NCBI GenBank assembly: GCA_034006005.1
Contig: JAVETP010000006.1
Span: 9,944-73,943, forward strand
Source of the DNA: Pseudomonas sp.
GTDB taxonomy: Bacteria > Pseudomonadota > Gammaproteobacteria > Pseudomonadales > Pseudomonadaceae
Reading direction: 5' to 3'
Length of the DNA: 64,000 nucleotides
In this document: positions 21,448-33,019 of the stretch, piece after piece
How positions within the stretch are numbered: the first letter of the stretch is position 1
How the letters are laid out: the number at the start of each line of letters is the position of its first letter
Program-made: the position numbers and the translations under genes
The notes under the pieces: model-generated
The model's input: the letters and a program-made list of their open reading frames with translations, nothing else
What the model was told of the DNA's origin: nothing
Databases searched by the model: none

Positions 21448-22047
21448 TTAATCCACCAACTCAATCCCCAAGCCCTCCAGCAAGTACACCGCTTCATGTT
21501 TAGAAAACTTCGCACCTTTCACTTGGTTTTCTAAAATATTGATCGAGTACTGCGTAGCTTCAGCAAAATTCGCAGACTGTAAATTGGTGCGCATAAACAG
21601 GCTGTGGGTAAAATCGCTGTAGGTCATCACTGCATGGGAGAAATCGCCTTCGCGAAAGTCGACGTCATGCACTTTGCACTCATCGAGCACTAGCGCTTGC
21701 AAGGTCAGGCCAAAAAATGATGAGTCATTCAGGATGGATTGGCGAAAGCTGATTTCAAAATCTTTGTGATAGGCCGACCAATTCGCACGCGTCCAATCAA
21801 CGCCGAGCACTTTGCACTCAACAAAATTGATCGCAAAAAACCGTGTAAAGGGCACGCGGCTTAAGCTCAATTGGCAACGCGTAAAGCTACAATTAATAAA
21901 ATTACAGTTTTCAAAAGTGGCGCTGGTGAAAGTGCAATCAATAAAACTGCACTCTTCAAACTCAGTGCCGACACAGACTAAATCGGGCAGATCTACACTC
22001 TTAAATGACTCTTCAAAATACTGCTGCTGACTTTCTATGGTTTTCAA
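21448..22047 (-). CDS. Pentapeptide repeat protein
   Basis: Repeating (S/C)x(F/L)xx pentads (FEECSFIDCTFTSATFENCNFINCSF...); TTG start after GAGG. Confidence 0.9.
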   Translation of the reverse strand: MKTIESQQQYFEESFKSVDLPDLVCVGTEFEECSFIDCTFTSATFENCNFINCSFTRCQLSLSRVPFTRFFAINFVECKVLGVDWTRANWSAYHKDFEISFRQSILNDSSFFGLTLQALVLDECKVHDVDFREGDFSHAVMTYSDFTHSLFMRTNLQSANFAEATQYSINILENQVKGAKFSKHEAVYLLEGLGIELVD

Positions 22048-22087
22048 AACAACCTCAACTTAGATGCACTGCTCTACAGCGCATAAA

Positions 22088-22795
22088 TTAAAACGGTAAG
22101 ACACTGGCATCCCAATTCAATAGTGCACCACTGAGTTCGGGCTTCAGTGCATCGCGCACCTTTAACAGGCGCTGTGCCGTCTGCTCAGCTGTTTGTAGCT
22201 GACCCTCTGGCACGTTGCTTTGGAATGGCTCGGATAGCGGTGTATCGGTGGTACCTGGGTGCACAGCAACGATGCAGGCGCTGGGATTGAGCCGCGCTAC
22301 CTCAAGACTTAGATTTTTCACCAGCATATTCAACGCGGCTTTACTCATGCGATAGCTGTACCAGCCGCCCAAACGGTTATCAGTGATACTGCCCACTTTA
22401 GCGCTGAGCACTAAGACTTTAACCTCGGCTGTGCGAGTTAAATAACGCAATAAAGCACGTAAATATTGCGCGGGAATAATCACATTCGTGTGTAGACGTT
22501 GTGCCAGTTGCTGGCTCTCGAGCTGGCGGATGGTTTTCTCTGGCATACCATTCGCATCATGCAAGACGCCATTGCAGATAAAAATCGTATCCGGCTGCTG
22601 CTCTAAGGCTTGCTCAATACAGTACTGACTGCTCTCTTCGCTTTGCAGTGCATCTTGATACCAAAACCCTACATTAGAGTCCGGTGCTGACTGACGACTG
22701 ATCACACTGACCACAGCGCCATCAGCACTGCACTGTTGCGCGATGGCTTGGCCGATGCGACTGCTACCACCAATGATTAGAACCGATTGCGACAT
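22088..22795 (-). CDS. Short-chain dehydrogenase, C-factor (CsgA)-like
   Basis: GGSSRIG, PEK, SAKVGSITDNRLGGWYSYRMSKAALN, HPGTTDTPLS. Confidence 0.88.
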   Translation of the reverse strand: MSQSVLIIGGSSRIGQAIAQQCSADGAVVSVISRQSAPDSNVGFWYQDALQSEESSQYCIEQALEQQPDTIFICNGVLHDANGMPEKTIRQLESQQLAQRLHTNVIIPAQYLRALLRYLTRTAEVKVLVLSAKVGSITDNRLGGWYSYRMSKAALNMLVKNLSLEVARLNPSACIVAVHPGTTDTPLSEPFQSNVPEGQLQTAEQTAQRLLKVRDALKPELSGALLNWDASVLPF

Positions 22796-22901
22796 GCGTT
22801 TATCCTCGGTGGATCACTCGGTATACAGCGGCTATATCAACGTACCAAGAAATGCACTCAACATAGCTCGCCAAATCCGTACTGACAAACGATCAGGCAA
22901 T

Positions 22902-22931
22902 AAAAAAGGCGACTGTTGAGAGTCGCCTTTT
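22902..22931 (-). terminator. Rho-independent terminator of rpoH
   Basis: AAAAAAGGCGACT-GTTGAG-AGTCGCCTTTT. Confidence 0.85.
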
Positions 22932-22952
22932 GAGTCACCCGCAAGATATCAA

Positions 22953-23813
22953 TTACGCAGCAATACTGCCTTTGATTTTCTTCATGGCATTTTTTTCCAG
23001 CTGACGAATACGTTCAGCTGATACGCCATATTGAGCTGCAAGCTCATGCAGTGTCACTTTTTTATCGGATAACCAGCGCTGCTGCAAAATATCGCGGCTG
23101 CGCTCATCCAATTCACCCAGCGCTTCATGCAAGCTATTGCTGGCATTTTCAGTCTGATCAGAGGCTTCCAACTGTAAAGCTGGATCGTAACTGTGATCTT
23201 CTAAATAGTTGGCGGGTGATTGATAAGCACGCTCATCATCGTCACTGTCCGATGGGTCAAACGACATATCATGGCCGGTTAAGCGGCTTTCCATCTCGCG
23301 CACTTCACGTGCTTCCACACCTAAAGAATCAGCCACTGCAGTGACTTCATCATTGGTCAGCCACGCTAAACGCTTTTTATGACTGCGCAAATTAAAGAAC
23401 AACTTACGCTGTGCTTTAGTGGTGGCCACTTTAACAATGCGCCAGTTACGTAACACATATTCGTGAATTTCAGCTTTAATCCAGTGCACGGCAAACGAGA
23501 CTAAGCGCACACCCATTTCTGGGTTAAAACGCTTAACAGCTTTCATTAGGCCGACGTTACCTTCTTGGATTAAATCGCCTTGCGGTAGACCGTAGCCTGA
23601 ATAACTGCGCGCGATATGCACCACAAAACGTAAGTGGGCCATTACCATTTGGCGGGCAGCATCTAAATCTTGGTGATAATACAGACGCTCACCTAAGTCA
23701 CGCTCTTGCTCAACGGACAAGATCGGAATCGTATTGACTGAATGCACATAAGCCTGCAGGTTCGCACCTGGGCTGAGCATTTTAGAAATCTGTAATGCGG
23801 TCGTGGTGGTCAT
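22953..23813 (-). CDS. rpoH: RNA polymerase sigma-32
   Basis: RpoH box [23 protein letters not shown]; follows ftsX. Confidence 0.97.
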   Translation of the reverse strand: MTTTTALQISKMLSPGANLQAYVHSVNTIPILSVEQERDLGERLYYHQDLDAARQMVMAHLRFVVHIARSYSGYGLPQGDLIQEGNVGLMKAVKRFNPEMGVRLVSFAVHWIKAEIHEYVLRNWRIVKVATTKAQRKLFFNLRSHKKRLAWLTNDEVTAVADSLGVEAREVREMESRLTGHDMSFDPSDSDDDERAYQSPANYLEDHSYDPALQLEASDQTENASNSLHEALGELDERSRDILQQRWLSDKKVTLHELAAQYGVSAERIRQLEKNAMKKIKGSIAA

Positions 23814-23860
23814 TAATATCCTCCAACGGGTGACAATATCTTAAATAATACTATTGTATA

Positions 23861-23887
23861 TATGATAATCATTACGCCATAAAGTTC
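23861..23887 (-). promoter_or_regulatory. Sigma-E/AlgU-type promoter of rpoH
   Basis: Minus strand GAACTT-N16-TCATA; rpoH is an established sigma-E/AlgU target. Confidence 0.7.
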
Positions 23888-23941
23888 AATGCTATTGCGC
23901 TAAATATTCTGCGCAAACTCTGTCTCTATAAGGCTTTGCAG

Positions 23942-24958
23942 CTAACGCGGTGATAATTCCCGCAAGTGCCGTGCCACAGCTAACCAAGCACCGATGTAAC
24001 CCAGTAATACTGCACCAAGTAATAATGAAAAGCCATCTTCGATTGGTACGCCCGATAAGCTGAACTCACTGCCGTACAATTGCGCCAGCTGCACCACCGA
24101 CTCATTCAGCCATTCAAAGCCAAACGCCAGCAGTAACCACGCCAACACACCGCCGGCTAAACCATATAAAACGCCCATATATAAGAACGGCCGACGTACA
24201 TAACCATCGGTGCCGCCGACCAGCTTAATCACTTCGATTTCAATGCGGCGATTTTCAATATGCAGTCGAATCGTATTACCCACCACCAACAATAGCGCGG
24301 CAATCAGCATCAGCGATAAAGCAAAAATAAAGTGTTCACCCATCTGCAAAATCGCAGCTAAGCGCTCAATCCACATCAAATCCAACTGGGCTTGATGTAC
24401 CTTGGGCATATTTTTCAGCTCATCCAGCAGCGCCACCAGAGTGTCTTTATCAATCACTTCAGGGGTGACTAAAATACTGCCAGGCAAGGGGTTATCGGGT
24501 AAATCACGCAGCGCATCACCTAGGCCAGACTGCTCTTGGAACTCCGTCAGCGCCTGTTCACGGCTGATCCACTGCGCTTCAGCCACATGTGGGTGTTCGG
24601 CAATTTTATCGCGCAACACCTCACCGTAGGTATCGCCCGCATCCAGCTCTAGAAATAGAGAAATTTGTGCCGCACGCTGCCATGAGCCACCCAGTTGGCT
24701 GACGTTTTCCAGCAATAACGCCAAACCCATCGGCAAGCTTAATGCTACAGCCATCACCAAACAGGTAAAAAAACTACTCAAAGGTTGGCGGACTAAACGG
24801 CTGATGCTGTCGGTGCAACTGGCTCGATGGTTTTCGACCCAAGCACGAAATTGATGACGAAAACCGCGGGTATCCGACAGGCTATTGGCCACTTGATTCT
24901 TGTTGGTAGCGCCAACGCGCTCGCCAGGTTGATCAGGCGTTACTCGGGCAGAACACAT
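23942..24958 (-). CDS. ftsX: Cell division permease FtsX
   Basis: GNTIRLHIENRRIEIEVIKLVGGT...RRPFLY; ftsYEX operon. Confidence 0.95.
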   Translation of the reverse strand: MCSARVTPDQPGERVGATNKNQVANSLSDTRGFRHQFRAWVENHRASCTDSISRLVRQPLSSFFTCLVMAVALSLPMGLALLLENVSQLGGSWQRAAQISLFLELDAGDTYGEVLRDKIAEHPHVAEAQWISREQALTEFQEQSGLGDALRDLPDNPLPGSILVTPEVIDKDTLVALLDELKNMPKVHQAQLDLMWIERLAAILQMGEHFIFALSLMLIAALLLVVGNTIRLHIENRRIEIEVIKLVGGTDGYVRRPFLYMGVLYGLAGGVLAWLLLAFGFEWLNESVVQLAQLYGSEFSLSGVPIEDGFSLLLGAVLLGYIGAWLAVARHLRELSPR

Positions 24959-25622
24959 TAAACAGCCTCTCCATCGCCAATTAAACGGCCACGCTGCAAG
25001 GTCAGCATGCGCTGACGCATACGCGCAATTAATGCCAAGTCATGACTGGCGATTAATACGGTGGTGCCGAGTTGATTAATATCTTCAAATACAGACATGA
25101 TTTCTGCCGCTAAACGCGGGTCTAAGTTACCGGTTGGCTCATCGGCCAGCAATAAAGCCGGCTGATGCACAATCGCGCGCGCAATACCGACACGCTGCTG
25201 CTGGCCTGTGGATAAGTCCGACGGTGCTTGCAGAGCTTTATCTTTTAAACTGACGCGCTCCAGCGCTAAGCTGACGCGCTGGTTAATTTCTTCTTGCGGC
25301 AAGCCAAGAATCTGTAATGGCAGCGCCACATTGGCAAACACACTGCGATCAAACAGCAACTGGTGATTCTGAAACACTACGCCAATTTGGCGACGCAAAA
25401 ACGGAATCTGTGAGTTAGTGATTTTGGATAAGTCTTGCCCAGCTAACAGCAGCTTGCCACTGGTCGGACGCTCCATCGCCAGCAGCAAACGCAGCATGGT
25501 ACTTTTACCGGCACCCGAATGACCGGTGACAAATAAAAACTCGCCACGACGCACGCGAAAACTTAACTCATGCAAACCGACATGGCCATTGGGGTAGCGT
25601 TTTTCGACCTGCTCAAAGCGAA

Positions 25623-25626
<4 letters not shown>
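24958..25626 (-). CDS. ftsE: Cell division ATP-binding protein FtsE
   Basis: GHSGAGKST, LRRQIGVVFQ, ADEPTGNLD. Confidence 0.96.
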
Positions 25627-27290
<1,664 letters not shown>

Positions 27291-27318
27291 AGAATAGGCT
27301 TTCTCAGCAGTTCACCCC

Positions 27319-27338
27319 ATCTGTATTGATTTACAGTA
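27319..27338. promoter_or_regulatory. LexA (SOS) box-like site in the ftsY / M16 peptidase divergent region
   Basis: CTGT-attgattt-ACAG; minus strand TACTGTAAATCAATACAGAT, 15/20 to TACTGTATATATATACAGTA by my count. Confidence 0.45.
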
Positions 27339-27437
27339 AATGCCACACAGATATGGTTGTTAATAAAATGGTTGCGTATCCTAGCACTTCTAGGCACTTG
27401 GTAGCTAAACTCAGAGCGCAGTTTAAAAGGTCAATAT

Positions 27438-28778
27438 ATGAAAATATACTTAGGTTACATCGCCCTATTTCTTTCCAGTACATTTATCACACCTGCAATC
27501 GCGCAAAGCGCAACCACCGAATTTAGTTTGGACAACGGACTTAAGGTGATCGTTCGCGAAGACCACCGTGCACCCGTTGCCGTCAGCCAACTTTGGTATA
27601 AAGTCGGCTCCAGCTACGAAACCCCAGGCAGCACCGGCTTAGCCCATGCCTTGGAACATATGATGTTCAAAGGTAGCAGCAAATTAGGCCCAGGTGAATC
27701 ATCACGCATTTTACGTGAACTGGGTGCTGAAGAAAACGCCTTCACCAGTGACGATTACACGGCTTACTACCAAGTGCTGGCCAGTGACCGCTTAGAAATC
27801 GCCTTAGAAATGGAAGCTGATCGACTCGCCAGCCTGACCTTGCCGGAAGATGAGTTTATCCGTGAAATCGAGGTGATCAAGGAAGAGCGCCGTATGCGCA
27901 CCGATGATCGTCCCAGCGGTTTAGCCTACGAGCGCTTTAAAGCCCTAGCCTACCCTGCCAGCGGCTACCATATTCCAACGATTGGCTGGATGCATGACCT
28001 GGATCGGATGACCATTGCTGATTTACGTGAATGGCATGAGCGCTGGTATGCACCCAATAACGCCACTTTAGTGATTGTCGGTGATGTACAGCCCGATGAG
28101 ATCAAAACCTTAGTCACCCGCTACTTTGCCAAAATCCCCGCACGCCCTACTCCTGCAGCGAAGCAACCGCTGGAGCTGGATGAGCCGGGCGAACGCAGTA
28201 TCACTTTATATCTCAAAACCCAATTACCCAGCGTGATGATGGGCTTTAATGTACCCAGCCTCGCCAGCAGCAAAAACGCCACCGAAGTGCATGCGCTGCG
28301 CTTAATTGGTGCTTTACTAGACGGTGGCAGCAGCAGTCGTATTCCCACACAACTGGTACGTGAGCAAGAGTTAGTGGCTGGAGCATCGGCTTGGTACAAC
28401 GCTTTCTCACGGGGCGACAGCTTATTTATCTTATCTGCTACGCCCAATGTGCAAAAAGACAAAACCATCGCCGAGGTTGAAGCAGGCCTATGGCAGCAAC
28501 TCAAGCAACTGCAAGATACACCGCCAACCGCCGCCGAATTAGCCCGTGTGCGTGCGCAAGTGGTGGCTGCAGAAGTGTATGCACAAGACTCGATCACCAG
28601 CCAAGCTACCCAAATTGGTCAGCTGGAAAGTGTCGGCCTCTCGTGGCGCATTCAAGACACTGACTTAGCAGCTTTAGAAGCGGTGACACCTGCAGATATT
28701 CAAGCAGCAGCGAAGACATTCTTTACTAAAACTCGACTGACCACCGGTTATGTTTACCCAGAGGAGGCACGTCCATGA
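27438..28778 (+). CDS. M16B zinc peptidase, catalytic subunit
   Basis: Signal peptide, HxxEH (HALEH), NAFTS, EERRMR. Confidence 0.92.
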   Translation: MKIYLGYIALFLSSTFITPAIAQSATTEFSLDNGLKVIVREDHRAPVAVSQLWYKVGSSYETPGSTGLAHALEHMMFKGSSKLGPGESSRILRELGAEENAFTSDDYTAYYQVLASDRLEIALEMEADRLASLTLPEDEFIREIEVIKEERRMRTDDRPSGLAYERFKALAYPASGYHIPTIGWMHDLDRMTIADLREWHERWYAPNNATLVIVGDVQPDEIKTLVTRYFAKIPARPTPAAKQPLELDEPGERSITLYLKTQLPSVMMGFNVPSLASSKNATEVHALRLIGALLDGGSSSRIPTQLVREQELVAGASAWYNAFSRGDSLFILSATPNVQKDKTIAEVEAGLWQQLKQLQDTPPTAAELARVRAQVVAAEVYAQDSITSQATQIGQLESVGLSWRIQDTDLAALEAVTPADIQAAAKTFFTKTRLTTGYVYPEEARP

Positions 28779-30241
28779 TGGCCCTGCGTATGCTTAGCAC
28801 CAGCTTAATCAGTGCAGCGTTACTGATGAGTGTCGGTTGCAGCAACTTAGACAGCACCACCTCACTGCAATCGAGCAGCGCCGAACAGCGCATCAGCAGT
28901 TTAGCGGCATTATCCAAACACGATCCGGTGACGCGCACTCTGGATATTCAGGAATGGCACACCTCTGCTGGCACAAAAGTGCTGTTTATGGCTGCACCTG
29001 AATTACCTATGTTTGATTTGCGTTTAACCTTTGCCGCGGGCAGCAGTAAAGATCAGCACGCCTACGGTTTAGCTAATCTGACCAGCGCCATGCTGGATGA
29101 GGGCACCGGCGCACTCAATGCTGGGCAAATTGCCACACAGTTTGAAGACCTTGGTGCAGATTTTTCCAGTGGCTCCTACCGCGATATGGCAGTGATCAGT
29201 TTACGTAGTCTGAGTGACCCTAAACTCAGCGCACCGGCTTTAGAGTTGTTTAGCAAAATTGCTGCTCAACCCAGTTTCCCAGCCGACTCATTAGCGAGGA
29301 TCAAAAATCAATTACTGGCAGGCTTTGAATACGAAAAACAAAACCCCGGTAAACTCGCTTCGTTAGCCCTATTTGAAAAACTCTACGGCGAACATCCATA
29401 CGCCAAACCCAGCTCCGGAGATGCCAAATCTGTACCAGCACTGACTCGTCAGCAGTTACAAGACTTTCATCGCACCTACTACAACGCCAACAATGCGCAA
29501 ATTGCTTTGGTCGGTGATTTAACCCTCGAGCAGGCTAAAACTATCAGTGAAAAAGTGTCCGCCGGTTTACCACGCGGCACCGCCGCAGCCATCACAGCTA
29601 AGCCTAAAGCTAATATAGCGTCTAAAACACATATTGAGTTTCCATCCACACAAACCCATATATTACTGGCACAACTGGCGGTTAAACGTGGCGATCCTGA
29701 TTATCCAGCGCTGTTTTTAGGCAATCAGATTCTCGGTGGCGGTGGTTTTGGTACTCGCTTAATGGAAGAAGTGCGTGAAAAGCGTGGCCTGACCTACGGT
29801 ATCTATTCCGGTTTAAGCCCTATGCAAGCCGCTGGGCCCTTTATGATTAATGTGCAAACCCGCGCACAACTCAGTGACGTCACTCTGCAGTTAGTGCAGG
29901 ATTTATTGCGTGACTATATTGCCAATGGCCCAACTGAAACAGAACTGGCGAATGCTAAACGTGAAAGCCTCGGCAGCTTCCCACTCAGCGCCGCCAGTAA
30001 CTCAGCGATTGTCGGTCAACTGGCAGCGATTGGTTTCTACGATATGCCACTGACGTGGATGAATGACTTTATGCAAGACCTGCAAAAGCTCAGCGTAAAA
30101 GATGTACACGCCGCCTTTCAGCGTCATCTCAATCCTGACCAATTAGTGATTGTCACTGCCGGCCCTACAGTTGAGCAACTGCCTTTACCCGAACCGGTTG
30201 AACGCTCAGAACAACCCACCGCTGTGGAGCGCCAACACTGA
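28775..30241 (+). CDS. M16B peptidase partner subunit (non-catalytic, lipoprotein)
   Basis: Lipobox-like SVGC, no HxxEH, GGGGFGTRL...REKRGLTY; ATGA overlap with the catalytic subunit. Confidence 0.88.
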   Translation: MMALRMLSTSLISAALLMSVGCSNLDSTTSLQSSSAEQRISSLAALSKHDPVTRTLDIQEWHTSAGTKVLFMAAPELPMFDLRLTFAAGSSKDQHAYGLANLTSAMLDEGTGALNAGQIATQFEDLGADFSSGSYRDMAVISLRSLSDPKLSAPALELFSKIAAQPSFPADSLARIKNQLLAGFEYEKQNPGKLASLALFEKLYGEHPYAKPSSGDAKSVPALTRQQLQDFHRTYYNANNAQIALVGDLTLEQAKTISEKVSAGLPRGTAAAITAKPKANIASKTHIEFPSTQTHILLAQLAVKRGDPDYPALFLGNQILGGGGFGTRLMEEVREKRGLTYGIYSGLSPMQAAGPFMINVQTRAQLSDVTLQLVQDLLRDYIANGPTETELANAKRESLGSFPLSAASNSAIVGQLAAIGFYDMPLTWMNDFMQDLQKLSVKDVHAAFQRHLNPDQLVIVTAGPTVEQLPLPEPVERSEQPTAVERQH

Positions 30242-30828
30242 TGGCTAAGAAACCTATTGCAGCCGCACCGGGCAGCAGCAAAGTGCGCATTATTGGCGGG
30301 CAATGGCGTTCACGTAAGTTAACGGTGATCGACGCACCGGGCTTACGTCCGACACCTGACCGCGTGCGCGAAACTCTATTTAACTGGTTAGCCTCCTATA
30401 TCGGCGGCGCGCGGATATTGGATGCTTTTACTGGCAGCGGCGCGTTATTTTTAGAGGCAATGTCGCGGGGTGCAAGCTCAAGTTTAGCCTTAGATTTAAA
30501 TGGCGATGCCATTCATAATCTGCGCGCTAATCTGGCGTTATTAGACTGTGATACAGCGGAAGCATTGCAGGTTGATGCGTTGAAATATCTAAGCGCCAGC
30601 GCTGAACAAGGTTTTGATATTGTTCTGCTCGATCCACCCTTTCACCAAGACCTGTTGTTAAAGACCTGCGAGCTATTAGAGGCGAATAACTGGTTGAATG
30701 AGCGCGCGTGGATTTACACTGAAAGTGAGCAAGCACCCTCAAGTTTAGGCGTACCAAACACCTGGCGTTTGCATCGCGAAAAACGCAGCGGCCAAGTACA
30801 TTATGCGCTGTGGCAAAAGCTGGCTTAA
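30241..30828 (+). CDS. rsmD: 16S rRNA m2G966 methyltransferase
   Basis: RIIGGQWRSRKL, LRPTPDRVRETLFNWL, DPPF. Confidence 0.95.
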   Translation: MAKKPIAAAPGSSKVRIIGGQWRSRKLTVIDAPGLRPTPDRVRETLFNWLASYIGGARILDAFTGSGALFLEAMSRGASSSLALDLNGDAIHNLRANLALLDCDTAEALQVDALKYLSASAEQGFDIVLLDPPFHQDLLLKTCELLEANNWLNERAWIYTESEQAPSSLGVPNTWRLHREKRSGQVHYALWQKLA

Positions 30829-30898
30829 GTTTTGCCTGCTGACTTAATCGGCGAAATCCAGTAACTTAGTGCGTTTGATACTGTCTTTGGGGTCATAC

Positions 30899-31792
30899 GT
30901 GGAAGCCTTAAAAGGTAAGCTAGCACTGGGTGCTTTAAAACTGATTGCGTTATTACCGTGGCGCGGCGTGCAAGCCTTAGGCGGCGCTGCGGGGTGGTTG
31001 ATGTGGAAAATACCCAACCGCTCGCGTGAAATCGCTCGTCTCAATATCAGCCACTGTTTTCCAGAGCTGAACACTGAAGAAGTGGATCAACTCACCGGTC
31101 GCAGCCTCAAGGGTATTGCTAAATCCTTTACTGAAAGCGCCTGCGCGTGGATTTGGCCGCCGGAAAAAACCTTGCAGTATGTACGTGAAGTCGAAGGCTT
31201 GGAAGTCCTGCAAGAAGCCTTGGCCAGCGGTAAAGGTATCGTCGGTATTACCAGCCACCTCGGTAACTGGGAAGTGCTCAATCACTTCTATTGCGCGCAA
31301 TGTAAGCCGATTATTTTTTACCGCCCTCCCAAACTTAAAGCCTTGGATGACTTGCTGAAAACTCAGCGTGTACAGCAAGGTAACCGCGTGGCACCATCGA
31401 CGCGTGAAGGCATTATTAGCGTGATTAAAGAAGTCCGCGCGGGTGGTTCAGTGGGCATTCCTGCTGACCCAGAACCGAGTCGCAGTTCAGGTATATTTGT
31501 GCCCTTTCTCGGCACCACGGCACTGACCAGTAAGTTTGTTGCGGGGATGCTCGGCGGCAAGCAAGATAAAGTCAGCGCAGTGTTTTTGCATGCGATTCGT
31601 CTTGAAGACGGCAGCGGTTTTAAAGTCATTTTAGAAGCCGCGCCAGATGAGATGTACAGCACTGATACCGAGATCGCGGTAGGCGCTATGAGTGATGTAC
31701 TGGCCAGCTATGTACAGCGCTGGCCTGATCAGTATATGTGGACCATGAAACGCTTTAAGCAACGCCCCGAAGGCGAGAAACGCTGGTACTAA
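30899..31792 (+). CDS. Lipid A/lysophospholipid acyltransferase (HtrB/LpxL family)
   Basis: HLGNWE catalytic motif, VPFLG, PDQYMW; GTG 30899 is the likely start. Confidence 0.85.
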   Translation: MEALKGKLALGALKLIALLPWRGVQALGGAAGWLMWKIPNRSREIARLNISHCFPELNTEEVDQLTGRSLKGIAKSFTESACAWIWPPEKTLQYVREVEGLEVLQEALASGKGIVGITSHLGNWEVLNHFYCAQCKPIIFYRPPKLKALDDLLKTQRVQQGNRVAPSTREGIISVIKEVRAGGSVGIPADPEPSRSSGIFVPFLGTTALTSKFVAGMLGGKQDKVSAVFLHAIRLEDGSGFKVILEAAPDEMYSTDTEIAVGAMSDVLASYVQRWPDQYMWTMKRFKQRPEGEKRWY

Positions 31793-31836
31793 ACTCTAGT
31801 AATAGACGCTGCATAAACAGATTTCTGTTAGCGCTC

Positions 31837-31875
31837 CAATCAAGCTTAGATTTCTATATTATTTAAGCTTGATTG
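31837..31875. terminator. Inverted repeat between convergent genes
   Basis: CAATCAAGCTTA ... TAAGCTTGATTG (12-bp perfect stem). Confidence 0.55.
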
Positions 31876-31906
31876 AAAGCCCAGCCACTCAATTTAACCG
31901 CCATAT

Positions 31907-33019
31907 CTAAGAGGTTAAACTGCGTCTAAAGCGCAGCAACGCCACTAAGAAAAACACCACGCCAATCGCCGTTAATGCCAACATTTCTGGCCAGACCAGA
32001 GCCATACCTGCATCCCTAAATAAAATCGCAGTGGAGAGGCTAACAAAGTGCGTGGTGGGCGACAGTTGCATCACCGACTGCAACCACACCGGCATACTAT
32101 CCAATGGCGTCGTACCGCCCGATAACAACAGCATCGGCATCACCACCGGAATGGCCAACAGGCCAAACTGCGGAATCGAACGCGACAAAGTGGTTAAGAA
32201 AACCGCCAGCGACGTACTGGCAAATAGATACAATCCCGTGACGAATAAATACAACAGCATCGAACCGGATAAAGGCACACCCAAAGCTTTTTTCACAATC
32301 AGCTCCAGCGATAGCCACGTGCAAAACACCACCACCACTAAGCTCGTCCAAATTTTTGCCGACATAATCTCAAACGCAGTCAGTGGCAGCACCAATAAGT
32401 GCTCCAAAGTGCCATGCTCACGCTCACGTAATAAGGCCGTACCGGTGAGTAAAATCGCTAAAATAGTGACGTTGTTAATAATCTGAATAATGGCCAAAAA
32501 CCAGCCACTTTGCATATTGCTGTTAAACAACGCACGTGTGGTCAGCTTAATCGGCGGCTCACTTGCCCCGCCACTGAGTTGCTGCAACTCTCGCTGAAAA
32601 ATACGCCCCATATACGCCGCACCCATAAAGGCTTGGCTCATGGCAGTCGCATCCACATTCACCTGCAGTTCAGGTTGTTTTCCAGCCAACAAATCTGCTT
32701 GAAAGCCCACCGGTACATTGATCACAAAAGTATAGCGACCACTATCCAGCACGTCGTCAATCTGCGAGTACGCCAATATCACTGGGGTTTGAAACTCGGG
32801 CGAGCGTAATACTTCGGCTAATTGGCGAGACAAGCGACTGTCGTCTTCATCGACAATCGCCACACTGGCATTGTGCACACCCACCGATGAACCAGACGCC
32901 GGCATATAAATCGCCGCACTGAAGGCGTACAACATAAACAGCAGCAAGACTGAGTCATAACGCAGGCTGATCAGTTCTTTAATGCCTAAGCGGTAAATAT
33001 GAGAGAGCTTATTCATCAC
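31907..33019 (-). CDS. yhhJ: ABC-2 type permease
   Basis: LGIKELISL, REREHGTLEHLL, LLSGGTTP; follows rbbA. Confidence 0.85.
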   Translation of the reverse strand: MMNKLSHIYRLGIKELISLRYDSVLLLFMLYAFSAAIYMPASGSSVGVHNASVAIVDEDDSRLSRQLAEVLRSPEFQTPVILAYSQIDDVLDSGRYTFVINVPVGFQADLLAGKQPELQVNVDATAMSQAFMGAAYMGRIFQRELQQLSGGASEPPIKLTTRALFNSNMQSGWFLAIIQIINNVTILAILLTGTALLREREHGTLEHLLVLPLTAFEIMSAKIWTSLVVVVFCTWLSLELIVKKALGVPLSGSMLLYLFVTGLYLFASTSLAVFLTTLSRSIPQFGLLAIPVVMPMLLLSGGTTPLDSMPVWLQSVMQLSPTTHFVSLSTAILFRDAGMALVWPEMLALTAIGVVFFLVALLRFRRSLTS

